A stretch of DNA of 39,961 nucleotides from Batkoa obscura (taxonomy: Eukaryota): assembly GCA_030770535.1 (NCBI GenBank), contig JASVEC010000155.1, positions 1 to 39,961 on the forward strand, in the 5' to 3' direction. The notes beneath the pieces are model-generated. The model was given only the letters and a program-made list of their open reading frames with translations. It ran no database searches and was not told the origin of the DNA. Of this stretch, positions 23,312-34,727 are shown piece by piece (the first letter of the stretch is position 1; every line of letters starts with the position of its first letter). The translations under genes were made by a program, and so were the position numbers.

Positions 23312-26286
23312 ATATGTTTAAGCTAGTTTTTGTTTCTAATAGTCATATCTACTTCAAAGTTATTATGCGGTTTACTTAAAAATTTTAATGATTAGTTTAG
23401 TTTTAAAGTTTTATACAAATTCTTTTGAGTAATTATGTGATAAAAACCACTGCTTCAAATTGTCCTACCCTTTTAGTTTATTATTGGAAGCCAACCTTAT
23501 CTTGTCAGGCTAACCACTGTTGACCAAATATATACCTTTATTCGGAATTAGTAACTTAAAATATATATTCTTTAAGTCGGAACAATTATCCTATGACAAA
23601 CGCCTTAAAAGATGCTTATTATTGATAACACTCCTTTTTTTCGCTTTTTCATATTTTATCAAAGTATTCATTAAATATATACTTTATTATAATTATACAT
23701 ATTTGTACCTTTATCTAGATTTGATGATTTATTGGTTTGTTCATCTATTAAAAACTTAATGTGAACCTCATTATTTTTTATTCAAGTAAATATCCCACGT
23801 GTTTGCTTATATATATTTTTTGTATGTGAATTTTATATAAAATATCATATATGATTTCCTCATAATTTCCTTTTATAAAAGCTTTGTAAAAGTTCTATTG
23901 TACAAATCACATTAAATAGTCTATTCATACGTAATGTCCGAAAACTTTATGCACATAAATAACACAAATGTTGCCACGGACACTAGCTTCTCTATATAAT
24001 TCAACTTTTTTCTTCGTTTTATTTAGCAAACCGTCAATGCCTTTAAACGTAAATCGTGTTTATATCCACTAAGCTTTAAAAGTAAAGCAATATTATTTTA
24101 GATGAGCTTTGTTACTATTTATGAATATAAGCAAGGACTGAACGTTTGTTACAAAGATTGTTTGTCTATTTTTATAAACTATAGCTATAGGCAAATATTC
24201 ACATTATTAAAAAAAAGAGTAAAAGTAACTTTATCGAATTTGAAACAAGTACTTGGGATAAATTTCTTAATTCAAAAATCTTATCTTAATAATATCAACT
24301 CTTCACTAAGTTCAAATCTTTACACTATAAGAAGTAATCAGAGCAATTGACAAAATCATGACTTTATTGAAATGTGAAGAAGCATATACTTTATTTGGTA
24401 AAATTTTTCTATTCTATACTGAATTAACTAATAACTTTGCCAAGTTACTCTGGCACCTTTGTGGTGTATGTAGTACAAAATTGCTATATTTTAGAATTTT
24501 AAAGCTTCAAGTGAAAAATATCACTAATATTTTAATTCAACTGTTTAAAATATAACGAATCAATTAGCTCTATTGGAGATTACTTAATTTAGATAAATAA
24601 CAGTGATTTATAATTCTATTACAATAATTGTTTGTAGAACTAGTGTGCAGATTGTTATTTAATTTTACTGCTCAAAATTTAAGTACTTATAAGGGTGCAG
24701 TAACTAAGATGACTGCAAGGAAAAAACAAAGCTTGGCAAAATACAGCAATTACAATTTGATTTTGTGCCTCATTAAATTGAACTCACTATACTTTTACCT
24801 TAAATTTAGCATTCTCTGACTTCAAAATGTGACGAAAGTTAAGCTAGATGCTAATTTAAAAATCAATTTAAGATAACTTGGTACAAAGAACTTAATTTAC
24901 TGAATCACGAAATCAAATTGTAATTACTCTACTTGATCTTAATAATTTTTATTTGACTTTCGTTATAAATTATTAATTCATTTTGGCTTATAATGACCAA
25001 GGATAAAACGTTGGTTGTTTTTTATTGATACAAAGCAGCTCTACTCAAAAGATCAAAAAATAATGCTATAACAAGGAAACCTTTATAGCTTGTTTTTCGA
25101 TATAATCAAAATTTTGTTTGATTGGGATTTATTTTTATGAAAAATAGTGGCAACTTCCACTGTTGCAACCTATTACCTTTACATAAAAAAGTTCTGATGA
25201 TTTCTTCACTATCTGTATCATTACTTACAGAAACACCTAATATAAGCTAAACAGCTGATCTCAGGTGATGGTTGACTATCAAAGCTTTATCTAAACCTTC
25301 AATTAAGTTTAAAATAACAAAAGGGAGTATCTAATCAACTCAAAATTTGTTGGTAAAAATAATACTTGTTTATCTTTACTATTAATTCTAATCCTTTATG
25401 CAATAGTTTGTTTAATGTCATATTACTGCTTTTTCTGTTTATTTTTGATTTAGTTACTGATAGTTTAATATCGTATATCTTTAATTTAATTACGTATTCG
25501 CTTTAACTTTGATATTAGTAAAAATAGTTTATTTGATATTTTTAAGCACAGATAAATTTACAATTATTATTTTCAAATTTGGCATAAATGTAAACTATAT
25601 TATGATGGTTAAAAATATAACTCAATGGCTTAATTGACATTCAAATCAAAAGTACTCAGTAGTATAATAATAAAATACCTCCACTTATCTCAAATGACCA
25701 TGAGTAAGCACAGGTTGCTATTAAATAAACAGTCTAATTTTGTGTACCATAACATTAGCCATTGCCCAATAACATTAAAAGATAAAATATTACCTTTTGA
25801 AGACAAATGTAATACTTTCAAAGCTCAAGAAAAGCACTATTCATTTATTAATAAACTTATTTCATACTAAAGTCTATACAGAAGTTTACCTCGAGTTTAC
25901 ATTTTCAACCCATAATTAGTTCCAGTTTTCTAAGCCAAAGTGTAGCTTAGGAAACTTGCAGCATTTTAAGCAAGCAGCCTTTAATTTTGGCCTAAAACTG
26001 AGAACCATTTCCATCAAACTTGGAATAGTCAAATCCTATACTAAAAACCAAAAATGAAAAACGAAAAATTCCGGGTAAAAATTATATACTTTAAAGTTAC
26101 TAAAAATATTTATTATAGCAAAATAAGCATATCATACAACTTTAAAAACTTTTTCAGTGAAAAGCCGCATATCAAGTATCCTCCACTCAGGTTTATTTGT
26201 GATATAAATGTACTGTCGCTACTTTCTATAAATAATTAATACTAGTAGGATGTAAATTTCTAAGATGATCTATAAATCTAAAATAT

Positions 26287-26385
26287 GGAGATGTTTTTTT
26301 TGATTTCATCACTTTTTCCATTTTTTAAGCGCTATTTGAGTGGAAAAATTGTTAATAAATTCTTAAACAAAAAAATACATCCCCC
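26287..26385 (+). mobile_element. MITE family 1, copy 10
   Basis: Full-length match; ATAT TSD (26283-26286, 26386-26389). Confidence 0.9.
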
Positions 26386-26747
26386 ATATGTTTTATAAGA
26401 ACTATTTTCCACATTTATTCATTATTGAATCAATTAATATAGAGGTGCTTTTCAAGTACTTCTAATTAATAACCATTTCTCTAGTATCACAAAGGTAGCA
26501 AAAAACTATAATAGCTATGTAATCGTTATAAAGCTTTATAGCTATGTCGCTTAGATATACTCTAAATAATGGATTGTACATTAAATATATTAAAGATTTG
26601 AATTTTAAATTTTGTTTTGAATAATAAGCTATCTTTGGATTCTAGAATCATATCATTTCAATGTATTTTCTTTTTCTTCATTCATTGTTTATTTTTAATC
26701 TTTTTTCTATTAAAAATACTCTTTTTGAAGCAATTAAACTATCATAT

Positions 26748-26844
26748 GATGATGTGTTTTTTTGTTTAAGGATTTTACTAGCGATTATTCTACTCAAATA
26801 GTGCTCAAAAATGGAAAAAGTGATGAAACTAAAAAATATCCTCC
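26748..26844 (-). mobile_element. MITE family 1, copy 11
   Basis: Reverse-complement consensus match. Confidence 0.82.
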
Positions 26845-27897
26845 TATTTTTCTTATATGTTAAATCCTAGTATTTCATTTGTAGTATTTATATTTTAAAT
26901 AGTAGGGTTTAATTACTAACTTTACATTTGTAGTAAAATAATATTTAGTGCTCCATCTAATAAAAACATACTTTGATAATAGTGCTCATATGTTTTTATC
27001 GGAACAGTAGCTGTAAAAAATGCAATAATATTATCTTGATGTAGTTTTAAATGGTAGAAATCAACCTTGATACGGTTTGATTTATAATGCTTGGCATTAT
27101 TAAGCTTCATGAATAGAGTAATCCAGTCATGGGGGACATGGTATATGATTAAGGATTATAACTAAAAATGGTAGACTAAGACATCTATTTAATTTAAATA
27201 AAATAGTAACTAGGATTTAATTATTCTTAGTTATTACACAATATTTTTTAGGAATAACAATAATTGTTTGTAAAAGTTTTAGAACTAAAACATAAACTCT
27301 TAAACATCACCTAGGTATATAATAGCCTAAATTCATAGGAGCTATTGATATTTACTTAAACCTTCATGTTTTTTAATTATCAGACTCATAAATCGTGTTT
27401 ACCACTATATTTGAACTAAGATTAAGCTTAAGTTGATTCATGAAATTGATGTTCCGATTTGATATTACTTATTCTTAGATTTTATCAATGAAGTAAATCC
27501 TTTATTTAGTAGTAGAACATTAAACAAAAGGAATAAGAATATATAGGTTAAATCATCTAAGTGTAACTAATAAAAGTTCCACTTTCTTTCTAAACAATTA
27601 GTATAAATTTAGACTTTATTTGGACCTATCCGCCGCTGTAATGTTATTTGGCGATAAATCTTGTATTTGATCGCATTTTGCTAACTGCTATCAAGCAAGT
27701 CTATATTCAAATTTGCTTCAAATTGTTATAGTAAAGGCAAGTTTTAAGTTACAATTTTTACCTAATATTATATTTAGGGTTTGAAGTCTTTATTATACTC
27801 AAGATTCAAAATAAAAGTAAAACACTGGCTATATATAACAAGAATGACAATTTATAATTGCCTATAAATAATTTTGAGCTTTTAAGTTATTTTTGTG

Positions 27898-28000
27898 TGA
27901 GGAAAATTACAAATTAAATCGCTATATATGGAAAATGCATTCTTTGAATGTTTACAATGTAGTCACAATTTCAAATGTGGTATAAATAGTCAGATATAAA
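27898..28000 (+). promoter_or_regulatory. Core promoter of HTH paralog 3 (TGAGGAAAA plus double TATA)
   Basis: TGAGGAAAA (27898), GGTATAAA (27979), ATATAAA (27994); mirrors the paralog 1 promoter. Confidence 0.5.
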
Positions 28001-28065
28001 ATGGAGGTGGAAATAGTAAAAGTTTAGAAAAAAATTATTTAAATTATAACTATATTATAGCTATC

Positions 28066-28785
28066 ATGGAGACTAAGGGTAAAAGGGCAACATTAGATTT
28101 GAAAACTAAAAGAAAAATAATAGAAATCGCCGAGCTTGGCTATTCTCACCAAAAGATTGCAGATAAATTCAACATTGGGCGTAGCACAGTAACAAAAATA
28201 TTGTTAAAGAAGGATGTCCTATTAAACACAATTGAATCAGAAATTGATTTGAGTAGAAAAAGGTTAAGGCGTACTGAGCTTAATGGTCTGGAAAATAAGT
28301 TGGCAACCTGGTACTTGGAAGCGAATATAAATAAATCCCATATAGTAGATCTTCAGGCATTAAAATCTCAAGCTATCGCCCTTGCTAAAGAAATGGGAAT
28401 TAATAATTTCAATTTCGATAGCGCTTGGATCCAGAAATTTTGTACTAAATTCCGTTTACCTACTCAAGACCAAATTAGAATTGAGCCTGTAGTTAAAAGT
28501 AATGTACCAGAATTTCTTTTTGATCTTAGTTCCAACCATCTCGATGTGGACTTAATGGGTGATAACAAACATAGTCCAAATACCGGTAATTTTAGCCTAA
28601 GGGCAGACGGGAGCCTTAGCCCAATTGCCACTAGCATAAATTTAGCTCCTGATAACAGCCTTGGTTCGAATTGTTATTATGCTAACTCACTAGGTCGCTT
28701 ATATTCTCCATATAGCGATTCACCTGTAAATGAAATAACGCTATTTCAATACCAACAATACACAAGTAATACACACTATTTTTAA
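28066..28785 (+). CDS. CENP-B/pogo-type double HTH protein without DDE domain (paralog 3), 239 aa
   Basis: KRATLDLKTK...SHQKIADKFNIGRSTVTKIL; RKRLRR...LENKLATWY...QAIALAKEMG..NF.F...WIQKF; KSNVPEF; S/P/Y tail. Confidence 0.87.
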   Translation: METKGKRATLDLKTKRKIIEIAELGYSHQKIADKFNIGRSTVTKILLKKDVLLNTIESEIDLSRKRLRRTELNGLENKLATWYLEANINKSHIVDLQALKSQAIALAKEMGINNFNFDSAWIQKFCTKFRLPTQDQIRIEPVVKSNVPEFLFDLSSNHLDVDLMGDNKHSPNTGNFSLRADGSLSPIATSINLAPDNSLGSNCYYANSLGRLYSPYSDSPVNEITLFQYQQYTSNTHYF

Positions 28786-31140
28786 GTTTAATTAATTTTT
28801 AATAAAAAGTACATTATATCCTTTTACATAGTAGTGTTTGTCTTATTTATTACATTTACATCTATTCTATATTATGTCCAATTTGTTTTTTTTGTTTATT
28901 CATTAAAAACTAAATCTCCAAAGCGCTTTATTATAAGATCAAAATATATGCTTGATTTAGTTAGCTTAATGACACAACCAGCGATAGATAACTTCTGAGA
29001 GAATGGCTTCATCTAATGCTTTTCCGTCTTCAAGAGGGGTTGAAAGCCATGAATGGTACCATTTATTTATATTTTCAATAGGCTATTCATTAATTTGTGA
29101 GGTTGCGAAAACTAAAGCCTAAAAGATGGAGACCTGTAAGTCAAAATAGAAAGTGATAAATCTTTTGTATATGGATCGAATACTAATTGAAAAACCTAAA
29201 CCTTTAAATAGAAAGGGCGAACTTGGTAATGTTGTACCTACAGCGAAGGAGCCTACCAATAGTTTAGTATAATCATAATAAAAGTGCAATTAATTCGTTA
29301 CGGGTGGTCAAATGCTAAAGACTAAGGAGAGAAGTAACCAAATGACAGAGAGAATTGATAGTAAGTGGTATGTAGCAAGAAATTTTACCTAGGAGTTGTT
29401 AAGATTTAATGATTATAGTCTGTGATACAAAATCTAAGCATGATAGGCTTTTATAAGGATGTTGATGATTTAAGGTTTAAGCCTTGACGAGGGAAAAAGA
29501 GTCAAAAAAGCAAGAGGAAAGTGATTGTAACATTAAGCTGATTCATCTCTTATTTTTTTATATTTCTGAGCAAGTTTTTTAAAATATTGGCTATTGTTTT
29601 TAAAAGTAGACATTAGTTACAATAGTTTTTTAAATAATTGTTTGTTGTGTTTGAGCTATGCTTGAATTATGTCTGGTAGCTTTAATCGAGGAAAACCGTA
29701 AACTATTACATTGCTAAGATAACACTTATTTGATTTTTTTAAAATTGTTACTTAACATTAAGTAGCAATTTATTAATAAAAAATTTTATCAGAAATTTCC
29801 AGTTAAGTCCGTTTTTAAATTTATTACTTTTTTCATCACTTATTTCATCATTCTTTTTATTACTTTTTTTATCACTTATTATAACGTCTAATTATTTATT
29901 CAATAAAAAACAACAACCCAAGAGGTAAGCAAAAGGAGAAAGGAGACTGATACTTTTAGGCTTATAGTTTATAATCTTTGTTTTTAATATATGTTTATTT
30001 AGTTTACAAGTTGCACTGTTACGCTATGGCAAGGAATAGGTATATATTAATTTATGATTGGGAATCTAAAATAGAATGTTATTAAATTGAGGTGACTATA
30101 TCGTTAACTTTTATGATTTGATATCGCCTTTTAAATAATACATCACTTCAGTTGTTAAAAAATATACTCGTTTATATTAGTCTTGCGTTACATCATACAT
30201 ATTTGTTGTATTATAACAATAGTATCAAACTATTGCTCTATATACCTAAATTAGTTATTTAGTTTAGTGGAAAAAGTCCATATCAAGAAATGTTATTGAA
30301 TTAGAGATATTATTAGAAATCCAGCTACTAAATTGCTACTATAGCGAGGAGGCAATAATGGAAGGTTGGTTTATTTAATACCTCGTTTTATATAAAATTG
30401 CGAAAGTATGTTCTATTTTTTTTTGACTAAATGAAAGTCTAGTTATTAAATTTAAATTTATAGATTGAGAAATAAGGTGAGAACTCAAATTCATTATTTT
30501 AAGTTAGCATTTTGATTAATGCATGATATAAAGAAGTAGAAACATTCGAAAGCGTATTCCTGTTGAAATGATACCTGTATATAATATTATAGCAATAGAT
30601 TTATAATAAAAAATAAATGAGCTTGTTTACTTTATTTGTTTAGATATTTATTTAAATAACAATTTTACAATTCATATTACAAAATCTAAATTTACAAAGA
30701 TATTTGAGGTATATAATAACCGATCATCCTAGTTTATAAATCTTTTCTTTTCGATACCCAATTCAGTCACATTTTGGACCTAGAACTATTTTTAAATTGA
30801 CTATTATATGGTATAGTGACTACTATATAGTACAGTTACTCAACATTGTAATGAAAAATAATATAACAATTTTGTAAATAAAACATTAATTTTAAGCAAC
30901 TTAGTTATTATGGAAATAACATTGTCAAATAATAATAAGCTGTCTATAAATTACCCTATAAATAAGTATAACCTGCGCCACAATAAGAAAGGCTAACAAA
31001 GTTTTTATCACCACAAATAAAAACAAGAATAAAAAATTAATAGCTTCCCATATACAGTGGTCATTAGTTAAGAACATTAGAATAACAAAAAATAATATAT
31101 AAACAGCCTTAAATTTCGTATAGCTAGTATAAATCATTAA

Positions 31141-31785
31141 ATGTTTCAATTTGAGAATAAAAAAAAAAGACGTATTTTAGACATTGCTACCAAAAAAAAT
31201 ATTTTGGAAGCATCCAAGTTAGGCTATTCACACCAAAAGATTGCTGATATGTTTGAAGTAGGTAGAAGCACAGTGACTAAGTTACTATTGAGAAAGGATA
31301 TAGTATCAAAAGAAGTAGAGCAATCACCGAAAGACAGTGAGATGAGTAATACTGAAATTTTCGAAGCTAAATTATTAAAATGGTGTAAAAGTGAAGTTAA
31401 AAAAGGAAGTAGAATAGTAAATATAGATTTAATAAACAAAGCTAGCTTAATAGCAAAAAACATGAAATTTTATGATGTTGAAATCAATTCAACTTGGGTT
31501 ACTGATTTTTGTGGAAAATTCCAACTTGATATTGAAAGTGAAACTACGTCAATTTTTGAGATAAAAAGTAATGTACCAGAGTATATAATAACCCCATTGA
31601 TACACAACAGAATTCTCACTAACCAATTGCTTTATCTAAATCACTCTTGTCCTCCATATACTGATAACTATCATTATAATACTTTTATTCAACAAAATAG
31701 CTCACCATTGGGTTCGTTTATTAGTCCTTATATCAGCCCTGTTTCCACGTTTTCTTCTCAATTTGAATATTTTAATCCTTATTAG
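31141..31785 (+). CDS. CENP-B/pogo-type double HTH protein without DDE domain (paralog 4), 214 aa
   Basis: KRRILDIATK...SHQKIADMFEVGRSTVTKLL; FEAKLLKW...KASLIAK...WVTDFC; KSNVPEY; SPYISPV tail. Confidence 0.85.
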   Translation: MFQFENKKKRRILDIATKKNILEASKLGYSHQKIADMFEVGRSTVTKLLLRKDIVSKEVEQSPKDSEMSNTEIFEAKLLKWCKSEVKKGSRIVNIDLINKASLIAKNMKFYDVEINSTWVTDFCGKFQLDIESETTSIFEIKSNVPEYIITPLIHNRILTNQLLYLNHSCPPYTDNYHYNTFIQQNSSPLGSFISPYISPVSTFSSQFEYFNPY

Positions 31786-31851
31786 TTTTATTTTATCTTT
31801 CCTTAATAATTTTCCAAATAAATCAATTTTTCAGTAATTGAATCATGTTAT

Positions 31852-31945
31852 GAGGGTATTTTTTTGGTTTTATCACTTTTTCCATTTTTAAGCGCTATTT
31901 GAGTGGAAAAATTATTAATGAAATCCTTGAATAAAAAGCATCCCC
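31852..31945 (+). mobile_element. MITE family 1, copy 12
   Basis: Consensus match ending AAAAAGCATCCCC, 8 bp before the CsbD-like ATG. Confidence 0.85.
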
Positions 31946-31953
31946 ATACTAAA

Positions 31954-32160
31954 ATGTCATCTCAGCCATCAAAGATGCACGAAAATATGTATTCCCCTAT
32001 CACATCTGTTAAGGAAAATGTAGGCTCTGTTACTGATAATCACTCTCTTCAAGCAAAGGATACTGGTCAAAAGGCTGAAGGTAACGACGTTTAACACCAA
32101 AATCCTAAATCAAAGGGTTATGTTGAAGGCACCACAAATAATTTTGCTGGAAGTATTAAG
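31954..32160 (+). pseudogene. CsbD-like / fungal Hmp1-type small stress protein, decayed
   Basis: MSSQPSKMHEN...SVKENVGSVTDNHSLQAKDTGQKAEGNDV*HQNPKSKGYVEGTTNNFAGSIK resembles the MSS.PSK...G.VKE.VG...GN.S.QA.G.....EG......A..KGYVEG pattern. In-frame TAA at 32092; several expected Gly residues appear as Asp/Glu. Confidence 0.6.
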
Positions 32161-32219
32161 ATAGCATTGGCTCCATTCCAGATGATAATGCCAAAATATA
32201 ATTTAATGTTTAAGCATTT

Positions 32220-32317
32220 GGGGTTGTTTTTTTGGCTTCATTACTTTTTCCATCTTTTAAGCATTATTTGAGTGGAAAGATTGTTAGTAAAATTCTTAAA
32301 CATAAAAATACATCCCT
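32220..32317 (+). mobile_element. MITE family 1, copy 13
   Basis: Begins GGGGTTGT, identical to the first 8 nt of the large element's TIR; ATTT on both sides (32216-32219, 32318-32321). Confidence 0.88.
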
Positions 32318-32488
32318 ATTTATTAGTTAAATAAATTGTTTTTTGTAAAAAATGGAATTTATAGAAGCTTGAATATTGTAATAACATTGTAGTAGTTTAG
32401 TTTATATTAATATAGTTTATTAGGGGATATCGTCATAAAAAACCCAAGATAATTTTTTTAATAACATTGATTTTTAATATTATATCAT

Positions 32489-34727
32489 CTAATGATTTTT
32501 ACTACGACATTTATGACGGGTGGTAGTAGCAGTAACACTGGTAACTGGGATAAAGGTATATGTGCCAGTTTGTACTGATGAGCCACTGGTAACTGGTACA
32601 AGAGTATAAGTGCCACTTGGAACGCTATAACTTGTATATGTGGATGATTGACTATCAGTCACTGGGTAAGATCCAGTTTGAGTATATGAGTTAGTGGAGG
32701 AGTTAACTAAGCTAGAGGATATACTAGATATACTAGAAGATGATCGGGTAGAAGTAGTAGAGCTAGATTCAGTTACTGAATAAGTCCAGTCTCGATAATG
32801 GTATTATAAGTACTTGAAGAAGTAGATTTAGTACTAGTAGAGCAAGAAGTAGACGATGAGCTGATAGGAGTGGTTACTGGATAAGTCGAAGTTTTAGAAG
32901 TAATGGAACAAGGGGTGGTAGATGCACCAGTAGATGATTCAGATTGAGTGGAAGTTACAGTTGATGATTGAGATACAGAGGTAGATGTGATTGTAGATGT
33001 TTCAGATCCAGAGGTAGTAGTAGCAGTTGAAACTTCAGATCCGGAAGTAGAGGTTTCTGATTGAGTAGAAGTTATAGTTGAAGTAGTAGAAGTTTCTTCT
33101 CCTTTCTTAACAATTTTAATTCTACCATCAGTGTAAGGAGATACAGGAGTATGCTTTTTAACATAATCACTAACAATGATGTCGGTAGCCTCGAGGGTAG
33201 CAAAATCAGTGATAGGTGGAGCAATAAAGTTATCTCCACCAGTAGCAATAAAATCTAAAGTTGTGCAGGTGTATACTTTTTGCAAATCTAATTTGACATA
33301 GGTTGTTGTTTTAGCTTTACGATCCAAAATATCAACTGAGACTAAACGAGATTGAGCTGGTGCAGTTGGATCATAAGTAAATTTCATACCACCAATTTGA
33401 ATAAATGAAGTGACAGGGCGGCTATTTACTTTATTTACTTTAGATACAATGGCCTCTAACATGTCCAAATCTGGTCCCCTTTTAATTTTATATCAACAAT
33501 AGCATTACCGAATGGGAATACAGTTAAAACATCGGATACTTTAATGTCACCTTTAGTGATACCAGCACGAATACCACCAGCATTAATAAAGGATACATCT
33601 GAGTTTGGTCTTTTTTCTAAAATAATATCGGAAACAAAAGAACCAAGAGAGCATTCCTTTGTTTGACAACTAGCTTGATCAAAATCATCTGTTGCTACGC
33701 CAAGTACAGTCTTACCAAAAGCATCAAAAGGTTCTCTCCATTCTTGAGCTTGTTTATTAGCTTCTTCATTTAATGGAACTAAGGAGTTTAATTCAATTGG
33801 GAAACCATCGATTTTATTTAAATAACCATCTTCATTAAACTTAATATCAACATGTCCTAAGAATCGACTCCAACAGTAAGCTTGAACAATGTAGGTATCT
33901 TTGCCATCTAAATTTTTAACTGAAGTTGGATAAATACCAACTGAGTTTGGAGCATTTGTTACGTTATTTAATGGGGAGGCAAGGTAAGAATGAGAATGAC
34001 CACCAACGATAAGTGACAACCCTTTAGTTTTTGATGCTAATTCTTGATCTTCTTTATAACCATTATGAGAAACAGCAATTACTCTTTTATAACCCATTTT
34101 TTTAACTTCATCAATAGTTTCTTGTAAAGTAATAATAGGATCAGATACTTTGAGCAATTTACCAAGGTTCGAAATAGAAGGAGCAGTGTAAGTGATATAA
34201 CCAACAACAGCTAAATTGTATTTTGGGAATAATTGATATTTTTTAATTAAGCTTGAAAGTTGAGGATGTTGAGAGGCATCGATATTGGAGGATACTAACG
34301 GAAATGTAAAATTTTGAGCTACTCTAGCTAAATTATCTGGTCCATTATCAAACTCATGGTTACCAATAGTCATAACGTCATATTTTAGATAATTCATAGC
34401 TCTTGCTGTAATGTCTCCTTTATAATAAGTATAGTACATAGTACCTTGGAACTCATCCCCACCATCTAATAATAAATTATTAGGGTGTTTTTCACGTAAT
34501 TGATCAATGGCTGTTTTTAATCTTGCTAAACCACCATAACACTGTTTGTTTTCAATTTGAGCCTTAGTACAATCCGTTCCATACTTATTACTTTGGTCAT
34601 ATCTTGAGTGGACATCATTAGTATGTAAAATAGTCAAATCGTAATCTGAATCTTCTCTTCTTATTATACTACCCTCAGTGCAAAAGGTTAAGAGCAATAA
34701 AACCAAACTACTACTTTGAAATAACAT
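32489..34727 (-). CDS. Secreted 5'-nucleotidase/apyrase (metallophosphoesterase + 5'-nucleotidase C domain) with Ser/Thr-rich tail; two apparent 1-nt frameshifts
   Basis: Signal peptide; ILHTNDVHS, LLDGGDEFQG, GNHEFDNG, VSH.G, IVGGHSH, INAGGIR, VFPFGN, FIATGGD. Frameshifts near 33465 (IW/DMLE) and 32785 (TG/TYSVT); the corrected frame ends ...TTTRHKCRSKNH* at 32489. Confidence 0.9.

Noticed and set aside
23520..27110. Several 60-82 aa ORFs
   Set aside because: Composition typical of chance ORFs in AT-rich DNA; no domains.
42..32317. Recurring ~100-bp repeats as a CRISPR array or ncRNA family
   Set aside because: Dispersed, in both orientations, with TIRs and TSDs and no regular spacers; eukaryotic context.
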